Part shown: positions 43,779 through 55,000 of the stretch, piece after piece
How positions within the stretch are numbered: the first letter of the stretch is position 1
Layout: the number at the start of each line of letters is the position of its first letter
DNA from: Macrostomum lignano
Taxonomy: Eukaryota
Reading direction: 5' to 3'
Length of the DNA: 64,000 nucleotides
Assembly: GCA_002269645.1 (NCBI GenBank)
Contig: NIVC01000038.1
Coordinates: 682,001 to 746,000 of the forward strand
Translations under genes and position numbers: made by a program
Notes under the pieces: generated by a model
The model's database searches: none
Seen by the model: only the letters and a program-made list of their open reading frames with translations
What the model was told of the DNA's origin: nothing

Positions 43779-43849
43779 CTTGCGCGAAGATTAGGGATTA
43801 GGGAATAAGTGTAGCTAAAAATCATATTGTCATGGCTATCTAGATTATC

Positions 43850-44350
43850 CAGAACTGATCCTTAGAGTCCCCAGTCTACTCAGAACTGATCCTCAGAGTC
43901 CCCAGTCTACTCAGAACTGATCCTTACAGTCCCCAGTCTACTCAGAACTGACCCTTAGAGTCCACAGTCTACTCAGAACTGATCCTTAGAGTCCACAGTC
44001 TACTCAGAACTGATCCTCAGAGTCCCCCAGTCTACTCAGAACTGATCCTTAGAGTCCCCAGTCTACTCAGAACTGATCCTTAGAGTCCCCAGTCTACTCA
44101 GAACTGATTCTTATAGTCCCCAGTCTACTCAGAACTGATCCTCAGAGTCCCCCAGTCTACTCAGAACTGATCCTTAGAGTCCCCAGTCTACTCAGAACTG
44201 GTCCTTAGAGTCCAGTCTACTCAGAACTGACCCTTAGAGTCCACAGTCTACTCAGAACTGATCCTTAGAGTCCACAGTCTACTCAGAACTGATCCTTAGA
44301 GTCCACAGTCTACTCAGAACTGATCCTTAGAGTCCACAGTCTACTCAGAA
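43850..44350. repeat. 31-bp minisatellite (cagaactgatccttagagtccccagtctact)
   Basis: Direct reading. Confidence 0.95.
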
Positions 44351-44540
44351 CTTATATATTACTTAGAAAATCAATTACTAACAAATAACCAAGCAAACAC
44401 AAAAAAATTCAAAGAAGCAATAAAGACCTAATGGTAGGTTAACAACAATTTACTTTGACACAATAATTGAACAAATAAAAACTTGCAATTAAGCTACTGA
44501 TAGTAATATAAACAAGAGAGCAACACTTAAAATTGCAGTC

Positions 44541-45854
44541 CTACACGGTAACCACATCTTTGCAAGCGACTCTGGTTACAAAACAGTAACTGAGCGAATC
44601 TCCAGATTCCTTTGACAGGGCCTGCTCCTCCGGTGTGACTTTGTACAGTTCAAATAGTTCGACAAGATCGCACTCGGGATTAGTGTCGGGCCACAGTGAA
44701 TGGCTAGATTCGCAATCTAGTTGACTGGTCAATTTGGATTCTAATCCGTCTAGGCTAGTGGACGGGTTATCAGCTGATTGGGGATGAAACAGCACAGCAA
44801 CTACACTGGCAGTGCTGGAGTTCATACCGAACTTGGCTAAAGATTGACTGATATTTTTTGTTGGCGATAGACAGTACAGCAGTTCCGTGTGAATTGATTT
44901 AGTTGCCATGCGAGACTCCGATTGATGAGCCAAAGCTTGATTGGCGGCTGTGAGCAGGTGCAAGCTGTCGTACACCTGAGATCAATGACAATTTTATGTC
45001 ATTTAGAAGGCCGCTAATACCCTATGGGTTATTTATTCATAAAAGGTCGCTAATACCCCTACAGGTCATTTAGAAGACCGCTAATACCCCATGGGTCATT
45101 TAGAAGGTCGCTAATACCGCTATGGGTCACTTAGAAGGTCAAAATATACCCCCAGGGGTCATTTAGAAGGTCGCTAATACCCCAGGGGTCATTTAGAAGG
45201 TCGCTAATACCCCAGGGGTCATTTAGAAGGTCGCTAATACCGCTATGGGTCACTTAGAAGGTCAAAATATACCCCCAGGGGTCATTTAGAAGGTCGCTAA
45301 TACCCCAGGGATCATTTAGAAGGTCGCTAATACCCCCAGGGGTCATTTAGAAGGTCGCTAATACCCCATGGGTCATTTGGAAGGTCACTAATACCCCCAG
45401 GGGTCATTTAGAAGGTCGCTAATACCCCATGGGTCATTTGGAAGGTCACTAATACCCCATGGGCCATTTAAAAGGTCACTAATACCCCATGGGCCATTTA
45501 GAAGGCTTCTAATACCCCCATGGGTCATTTAGAAGGTCAATAATACCCCCATGGGTCATTTAGAAGGTCAATAATACCCCCATGGGTCATTTAGAAGGTC
45601 ACTAATACTTCATGGGCCATTTAGAAGGTCGCTAATACCCTTGACTTCTTCAGAATCTCACTAATACAAGCACAGTTGCCGCAAAAGCTCACCAATTCAG
45701 TTGACACCAAAGCTCCAGCAAGGTGACCTTGAATAGCAGCAGTGTGCACCTCTGCAGGATTTTTCAATGCTTGAAACAGGCGCATTGAAATAGTCACATT
45801 AGGTACCGACATACTTGGATAGCGCATCCAACCAGTGCTTGAAGTTGTCATCAT
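44541..45854 (-). CDS. TPRKB: CGI-121/TPRKB, EKC/KEOPS complex subunit (t6A tRNA modification), 198 aa
   Basis: Exons 45854-45693 (TTG|gtgagc) and 44975-44541, phase 0. LFQALKNPAEV, HLLTAANQA, MATKSIHTELLYCLSPTKNISQSLAKFG are CGI-121 motifs. Confidence 0.9.
45000..45640. repeat. ~29-30-bp minisatellite (ggtcatttagaaggtcgctaatacccc) in the TPRKB intron
   Basis: Direct reading. Confidence 0.93.
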
Positions 45855-46699
45855 AGTAGCTGAATGTGTTTTTTTATATAATTTTTTTAGAATTAGGTCT
45901 AAAAATAATAATAAACCAAGAATGTCAAAAATATGAATATTGAATTAATAATTATACTATTTCATGACAAAAATCACTAGATAGAGATAATTTGACAATG
46001 ACCAAATTTTTATCAAAAGTTAAAATGCAAATGTTAAACACTAAAACAATAAATATTAAGCATGATCAAAGTTATTTGACAATCTCATAAAATTCATCTT
46101 AGATTAAAACTTCCAAATTGAATCAACCAAATATTTGCTTTAAAATGGAATAGGAAAGTTGACAATTGTCAATTGAAATACCAATTAGTCATTTTAATGT
46201 GACACAAAGATTTGGAACAAGTTGAGAGTTGAGTATGAATGTTGTAGCTTATAAATGAAGGGGGAGAATTAGGGATAATTGTGCTAGTATTAAATATTTA
46301 AAACAAAATACTAGCTACATAGCATTTACTCTAGTAGGTAAGTAGTAGGAATCAAATTCTTACAGTGGAAACAATAACAATAGTAATTAACTATAAAACC
46401 ATTTAATGCATACTGCACTTTGCACTATAATAGTACTTGAATTTTCTTTATTTAGTTTACCTTACATACAAATTAGATAAACCAAAATATTTCAATTAGT
46501 TTTACTTAAATCAAATTTAAAAAAAATATTTAGAAACAAATAGTAAATAGCAATCTCTACTAAATATTGACAAAATGCCTTATCTGCTATTGTGTAACAT
46601 TTGGAAATTAATATTTGTAGTGAAGCTGAATACTAGTTATAAAAATTCAATATGCATATATATAATATATAAAATATATATGTAGACTCTGCATATGAT

Positions 46700-47600
46700 T
46701 ATGATTCTATAAATTTAGACATTGCTTCTGTAGTGTTGCAAGAATTGGGGGTTGCTTGGATTTGGGTCTAGAGATCTTGGAATTGCACTGCTATTACCAG
46801 TGTAATGGTTTACTCTTTGGCTTTTGAGGTGGGATGGACTGCTGTTGTCCGGGTTAACCCTAGCAAACACTTTTATAGGGGCTGAGACTGGGGAGAATTC
46901 TAAAATCAAGGGAGTGCTACCACCAGCATGGGGACTATAGGATTGGTAATGAAGGGGTCTGATTAGGTTCCATGCAAATAAATAATGCTAGAACAACTAG
47001 TCTCAGAGATTTCAATGTCTAAATGACAGGACTCAATGGTAGCAAATGACCTAAGTGGCGCAGTCCTAGCACTGACAAATGTCTGTGCTTGAGCGTGTCT
47101 GAGTTTAGCTCTCAGAGGACCCTAACTCCTACTAACCTAATAGCTATGTCTCGCACAGATGGGCAGCAAGGAATAGGTCTATGCACCTATAGCAGCAACA
47201 GACTCACAACTGACTAAGTCTAATAGCTATTTCTTAGAATTGCGCACATGTGCTGCAACTGCAAAATCACTCTCACTCTTGTTATTCACACCTGTGTAGC
47301 AAATAGACAATCAGCAAAATGGTTTCAGCCAACTGATTTCCTGCCAATAAGGTAGGCTGGGAAATCAGAGCTATAGCACTAGCAATGCTCTACCAAGACC
47401 TGTTCAGGAGCATGCTTTCTGCTTGAGCACTGCAATGCTCTAACAAGACCTGCTTAGGAGCTTGCGTCTGCTTCTAGCAATGCTTTGCTCTACTAAGACC
47501 TGCTCAGGAGCTTTGCTTCGCTGTTAACTGGTGCTAGAGCACTAGACTTAGAGAAGGCTCTTGACAAGTCTTCACGAGGTGGTTCTAAGGAGAAAATCAG
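46700..47600 (-). pseudogene. Heavily mutated, CpG-poor coding-like remnant
   Basis: GC-balanced island in AT-rich DNA; one minus-strand frame reads protein-like between repeated TAG/TAA stops; family not recognised. Confidence 0.3.
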
Positions 47601-50133
47601 TCAAATGGCCTGCATGCATTGATATAGAACACGGAGGGTAGAGCGTTTGAGCATTCCATGGCTTGACCATGGATTGGCAACCTGAAGAATGTGGATAATG
47701 ATGCATAAAAAATATTGATTAAACATAGGGGGAGAGTAGCCGACAGTCGCCTCAAGCCATTAGTTAAACTAGCATGCCAAATTTGGGTTTATGCGCACAA
47801 GGCTGCACAAAGGGAGGGTTAAGCTCAGGACATGGGGTTCATGAAACCCTTAGTCTAAAAGAATGACATATGGGAAGAGGCTTAGATGGCAAAGGAATGA
47901 GAGAGCAAAAGGGGAGAAAGTCCAGCAAGTGCACAAGGAGAGGAATGCAGCTAACTAGATTTGCATACATTGAGCAATAATTGTATGTGGTAGGCTAGGC
48001 AACAATAGTACATGCAAGCGCCAAATTTGACGGCTTCCACTAACTAACCCTAGGCTAAAAAGCTTCCTAGTTTCCTATGTTAATGCCATAGTCAGGATCA
48101 TGTCATGGTATATGCCAGAATAAAAAGTCCCCTAAAAAAATCTACGCCACTTCTTACTGAAACATACGCCAAGGTCCTAGGAACTTATGCCAGGTTTTCT
48201 AGGCTTTGCGACAATAAATCAATAAATGACCTTTTTTGCGTGTTACACATTTCTTAACAATAAAAATTTAACAAATATGTGTTTTCATTTAAAGTACATT
48301 GGCTTACAGATAATGCCAACAAAAATCAATTTTTTGTTAAAGTTTTTTTTAGAAAATTAACACAATTAGTTTGCGTGGAATTTTAAATTTTTATAAATCA
48401 CGAATAGTTATGAGCTATCATCTTACAAGTTTTACGGTTTTTATGATTTTATAATAAGATTCTGAGGTTACGGCGTTATGCCAACAATTGTTAATATTAA
48501 CTTTGGCATGAAGGTTGGAGTTTACATATACTGCTTGGTGTATTTACGCCACGGCGTCACACCAAAAAGTATGCCAAATATATTTTGCCTCTTTTTTATG
48601 CCAATTATACACCAAAAAAAGTAAAATTTTCAATTGTACGCCAGGAATTTCTGGCGTCATGTACATCATCCTGACTATGGTGTTAATGAGCCTTAAGCCT
48701 CATTATGATGACTCAATTGTACCATATTATGCAACTTCTCAGTGCTAAGGAAGGCTGCTTAGAATGCATGGAGGCAATAGAATAGTTCTTATTCCAGATA
48801 CTAGCAGCGGATAGCAGTGCCTAAGATGTGAATATGGCCCTATGCTTATAGCAGAAGGCTGTGGCCACATCATTTCAAAAATGAAAATTAATGGGTTTGG
48901 CAATGTTTAAGTAGGAAGAAAACTATAAGCATTGTTACTAATCATTTATTTGAAACAAATAACATATTTGAAACATAATTTAATGAATATTATTAACAAC
49001 TCACTATTTTAATCCAATAATAACATCATAACATGTAGGGTAGGGCCTATTTGCTACTCCAGCCCTAATCCAATTAAAAATATATATAATTATTAATTTC
49101 TACAATAAATCAAAAGTAAAATATTACTTTAGATATATATACCAAAAAATATCAAAAAGATATTGCAATAATAAGTGGCAATAAAGGACCTGTTTTGCAT
49201 TGCAACAATATAGGACTATAGGATCATTTCTTGCATTACAACCTTTTTTATAGTCTTAGGCCTATATGATAAAATAATTATGCCATATGCCTGCTCTATG
49301 GCATAATTTTTCTAATGGATTGTTCCATACACAAGATACTTTGTGCCAACCATTTTTTCATGTCTGTTGTACACTGGAATTTTCCAGCATAAGACTTGGT
49401 TGGGAATATATTAGTAAAGACCAAAGAGCAACCCTACCAGAATACATTAGAATTGCTGTTAGAAATTTTATTACTTAACTAAGAATACACAACGACAACT
49501 TTGGTGGTATCAGTAGAATAATTTAAAAAGAGAAGTAAAACCCCAGGAAAATAATTTAGTTTTTAAATTCTTTTAGAGGTAGATTCAAAAGCCTTGTTAC
49601 AACGAAGTGACCAAGTGTTGGGGAGTGTTGACGAAGTGACCAAAAGTTCCATTATATGAATGATGTGTATCTGATACAACTTGAATCGTGCTTGATATTT
49701 ACCAGTGTAACATATTTTAAATCTACTATGCGTTGGGTCTTTACTTTTTACTTTAGCCTAAGATTTATAATTCGCTCCTTTTAAAAACAACAATGATCGC
49801 CGTTCTTTGAAACTTAAGGACTTAAAATGTTTAAAAAAGTAGGCCGCTATAACAACATTTACAGGTCATATATGTTACTGCTAAAATTAAAATGTTTTAT
49901 AATACATAAAAGTAACTTAAAACTTTTTAAAATTGTTTTTTAGCGTAACACTAAAAGACAAAATTATATATTGATTGATGTCAAGCGACTTATCCCAAAT
50001 TCAAAATTTCGCGTCTTGCAAGAAAGTTCAATCTGAACTGACTGAACACACACGAGGAGGCTTCAGACTTCAGGCGAATCACGCCTTCGTCATTAACTGT
50101 TTTTCTGTAACTTAAGGTGCTGGTTAATAGGTA

Positions 50134-50832
50134 ATGGAAATTGCTCCTGCGAGTATTGAGGTTTGTCTGAAACTTAACCGCTTTGTTTGTGGAGAAGCAG
50201 AGAACGATGTTGTTGCTCTTAGAGATTCCCATGTAAGAATACTTTCGTCACACGAGCTTGGAACCCTATTGACGGTACCCTTTTCCGAGGGCGATCCCGT
50301 ACCTCTTTCATTGCCGCCTTCAAGACCACTAACCCAGCGAGATTTGCCCAAGTCCAATTTATCGTCGCGATCTGGGACGAAGGAGCGCCCGAAAGAGAAA
50401 GAATTAGAACCTCAGCGACTTTCCGATCCAAATGCTGTCATCATTGATAGCACTACAGAAGAGAGGCCAAAGCGAAGCTCATCGAAATTTCTAAAAATGC
50501 TTAATGAAGAGCGCAAAAGCCGCTGGAATTGTGATCAAGCAGCGCTGCCTGTTGATGGAGTCGAATCACATGGAGCCGATAATTCAACTAGACTTAACAA
50601 AGGAATGCATTCTCCGCCAAAATTCGAGCCCAGTTCATCTTTAAATCCTCTTCGCCAGGAGCAAAAGGTTTCTCAACAGCTTCGAGACGAAATGTTCATG
50701 GATATCTTGGCACAACAGCGAAATCAAAACTTTGCTGACAACATGAGTCAAGTGTCTGGAATGTCTGCTAAGGAACGAATTCTCAAGACTGGTCATGCAA
50801 CTGGAATCCCAGACAATCTGCGGCAGTTGTAA
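50134..50832 (+). CDS. Hypothetical protein (232 aa or more); may have a short upstream exon from the ATG at ~49978
   Basis: Non-repetitive ORF preceded by taatag|GTA ATG. The upstream segment ~49978-50106 is open in the same frame (MSSDLSQIQNF...). No family recognised. Confidence 0.6.
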   Translation: MEIAPASIEVCLKLNRFVCGEAENDVVALRDSHVRILSSHELGTLLTVPFSEGDPVPLSLPPSRPLTQRDLPKSNLSSRSGTKERPKEKELEPQRLSDPNAVIIDSTTEERPKRSSSKFLKMLNEERKSRWNCDQAALPVDGVESHGADNSTRLNKGMHSPPKFEPSSSLNPLRQEQKVSQQLRDEMFMDILAQQRNQNFADNMSQVSGMSAKERILKTGHATGIPDNLRQL

Positions 50833-52088
50833 TACTTTATGATGAATATTAACTAATTTATGTCAAACGTTTCCTTTTGCTGTATTGTAAATTTTATCAA
50901 ATTTAAATAAGTATAATATGATACATTCAAGTTTGATTCTTTTTTGGCTAGGTCATTTTTGCACTTTATATGACCAGCAAGTTACTTGCATGAAATTAAT
51001 GTTTTTTTGGCTTATTATATATGCAACTTTTGGTTGACAACAGCAGTTTAGACAACAGCTGGCTGATTAGGTATTTTAGTAAGTAGCATATGTATTTTTT
51101 TCATTTTTACTAGAATATATAATATTGTTAGTAGTAATAATGAATATATTTGTATATTTTTATTATTAAGCATGTTCTAGATGCTGTATCTAATTTAGTT
51201 TTCAAATGTTGAAATATTTTAGGATTATATATGTAAAACTATATTTATATAACATATTTTGGCAAATTAAAAAAAATATTATTTTGAAACTATTGTTATA
51301 ATATGTTTGTAACCTTTGATTGGAAATCTTTTGTAGTCTCAAGATTTTTGTTTTATATAAATTTGCCTCATTTTTATACTAATGTTATATTGTAATATTG
51401 TACCTAATGACCTCTTCCATTGTTTGAAAAGTACTTTTTTAATTATTTAAGCAGATATTTTCTATGCTATGTTACTTGCATTATAATTTTTGGTTTGTAA
51501 TTTTGAATTGAAATTGTGACTTGTTTCTACCTTAGCCACATATATGTAATTTTTCTGTATTCGCTAACAACCCCATCTTATGCTTCTAACTTTTCTTTGT
51601 AGTGCCTCTATTATGGTGTGCTTTCAAAAACAAAATATAAAAAAATAATTTTTGATAAAATACTACTTGATCTACTTTTTTTTCTTTTTAAAAACTGTCA
51701 ATAATAATAAAGTTATACAAAAGTTAATTTTCCTGTTATCATTTTAGCTATGAATTATTTTTAAATAAATCAAGTTATAGCTAACAAACATTTTAATATC
51801 AAGGAAAGTTGCAGACTTCATTTTACTGTACTAGAATAGACACCCTGCATTCACTAAGACACCCTGCACTTACTAAGACACCTTGAACTCACTGAAAGAG
51901 ACAACATGTACTGTACTCACTCCGAGATTAATGTGAGCTAATGTAAAGTCACCAAGACAGCTGGCAGCATGCTAGAAGAAAGTTCTAAAGATCTTTAGAT
52001 TTAAGAGTCCCACTATGTTTTTCCAGTTTAAATAGGTACTTTTTCAAATTCTTAAATAACTCGCAATTTGCATTGCATGACCAAAAGC

Positions 52089-55000
52089 ATGTCCGGCAGT
52101 TCTAAGTCTATCTGGTTTTTTGGTTATGGTAGCAACATGAATGCAGACAATTTGGCAAACAAAAAGAATGTTGTTGTTAAACAGACCACACCTGCTATTC
52201 TCCGTGGCTATAAGATGACCTTTTCTGTTCCTGGATTCAGCTATGTGGAGCCTTGCTTTGCTAATTGTGAAAAAGCAGGTGGGTTCTGGTATATTTTATT
52301 ACTTTTTCGATGCTACTATACTATACTTTAGAAGTGTAGTCATGTCGCTCCTCTTAATGCACACTGACGAGTACTTAATGTCCCGAGCTAAAACCATCTG
52401 AGAAACTCGCTGCCACGGACACGATCGACAGCCCCGAAATATGCATAAAATTCATTGCAAGGCACAACTAAACCCGTCTCGAGACGTACACGAAGACCAA
52501 ACCCACTTCGGGATACACCCTATACCCTGCTCGGGAAGACACGCTGAACTCACCTCGAAAGACACACTGCAAACTCACCTCGAAAGACACGCTGAACTCA
52601 CCTCGAAAGACACACTGCAAACTCACCTCGAAAGACACGCTGAACTCACCTCGAAAGACACACTGCAAACTCACCTCGAAAGACACACTGAACTCACCTC
52701 GAAAGACACACTGATCCCACCTCGAAAGACACACTGAACTCACCTCGAAAGACACTGAACTCACCTCGAAAGACACTGATCCCACCTCGAAAGACACACT
52801 GAACTCACCTCGAAAGACACAACTAAACTCACATCGAAAGACACACTGAACTCACCTCGAAAGACACACTGAACTCATCTCGAAAGACACACTGAACTCA
52901 TCTCGAAAGACACACTGAACTCACCTCGAAAGACACACTGATCCCACCTCGAAAGACACACTGAACTCACCTCGAAAGACACAACTAAACTCACATCGAA
53001 AGACACACTGAACTCACCTCGAAAGACACACTGAACTCACCTCGAAAGACACTGAACTCACCCCGAGAGACACTGAACTCACCTCGAAAGACACACTGAT
53101 CCCACCTCGAAAGACACACTGAACTCACCTCGAAAGACACAACTAAACTCACATCGAAAGACACACTGAACTCACCTCGAAAGACACACTGAACTCATCT
53201 CGAAAGACACACTGAACTCACCTCGAAAGACACACTGAACTCACCTCGAAAGACACTGAACTCACCCCGAAAGACACTGAACTCACCTCGAAAGACACAC
53301 TGATCCCACCTCGAAAGACACACTGAACTCACCTCGAAAGACACACTGAACTCACCTCGAAAGACACACTGAACTCACCTCGAAAGACACTGAACTCACC
53401 CCGAAAGACACTGAACTCACCTCGAAAGACACACTGATCCCACCTCGAAAGACACACTGAACTCACCTCGAAAGACACACTGAACTCACCTCGAAAGACA
53501 CACTGAACTCACCTCGAAAGACACACTGAACTCATCTCGAAAGACACACTGAACTCACCTCGAAAGACACACTGAACTCACCTCGAAAGACACACTGAAC
53601 TCACCCCGAAAGACACTGAACTCACCCCGAAAGACACTGAACTCACCTCGAAAGACACACTGATCACACCTCGAAAGACACACTGAACTCACCTCGAAAG
53701 ACACACTGAACTCACCTCGAAAGACACACTGAACTCACCTCGAAAGACACACTGAACTCACCTCGAAAGACACACTGAACTCACCTCGAAAGACACACTG
53801 AACTCACCTCGAAAGACACACTGAACTCACCTCGAAAGACACACTGAACTCACATCGAAAGACACACTGAACTCACCTCGAAAGACACACTGAACACTGA
53901 ACTCACCTCGAAAGACACACTGAACTCACCTCGAAAGACACACTGAACTCACCTCGAAAGACACTGAACTCACCCCGAAAGACACTGAACTCACCTCGAA
54001 AGACACACTGATCCCACCTCGAAAGACACACTGAACTCACCTCGAAAGACACACTGAACTCACCTCGAAAGACACACTGAACTCACCTCGAAAGACACAC
54101 TGAACTCATCTCGAAAGACACACTGAACTCACCTCGAAAGACACACTGAACTCATCTCGAAAGACACAACTAAACTCACATCGAAAGACACACTGAACTC
54201 ACCTCGAAAGACACAACTAAACTCACATCGAAAGACACACTGAACTCACCTCGAAAGACACACTGAACTCATCTCGAAAGACACACTGAACTCACCTCGA
54301 AAGACACACTGAACTCATCTCGAAAGACACAACTAAACTCACATCGAAAGACACACTGAACTCACCTCGAAAGACACAACTAAACTCACATCGAAAGACA
54401 CACTGAACTCACCTCGAAAGACACACTGAACTCACCTCGAAAGACACACTGAACTCACATCGAAAGACACACTGAACACTGAACTCACCTCGAAAGACAC
54501 ACTGAACTCACCTCGAAAGACACACTGAACTCACCTCGAAAGACACTGAACTCACCCCGAAAGACACTGAACTCACCTCGAAAGACACACTGATCCCACC
54601 TCGAAAGACACACTGAACTCACCTCGAAAGACACACTGAACTCACCTCGAAAGACACACTGAACTCACCTCGAAAGACACACTGAACTCATCTCGAAAGA
54701 CACACTGAACTCACCTCGAAAGACACACTGAACTCACCTCGAAAGACACACTGAACTCACCCCGAAAGACACTGAACTCACACCGAAAGACACTGAACTC
54801 ACCTCGAAAGACACACTGATCCCACCTCGAAAGACACACTGAACTCACCTCGAAAGACACACTGAACTCACCTCGAAAGACACACTGAACTCACCTCGAA
54901 AGACACACTGAACTCACCTCGAAAGACACACTGAACTCACCTCGAAAGACACACTGAACTCACCTCGAAAGACACACTGAACTCACCTCGAAAGACACAC

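Noticed and set aside
43791-43803. Interstitial telomere (TTAGGGATTAGGG)
   Set aside because: Only two spaced units; better explained as CTAAT branch-point-like sequence on the minus strand.
43730-43825. 31-codon ORF from ATG 43825 with a C-H-N-C motif
   Set aside because: Too short and out of frame with the main ORF; it would be removed if splicing occurs at 43779.
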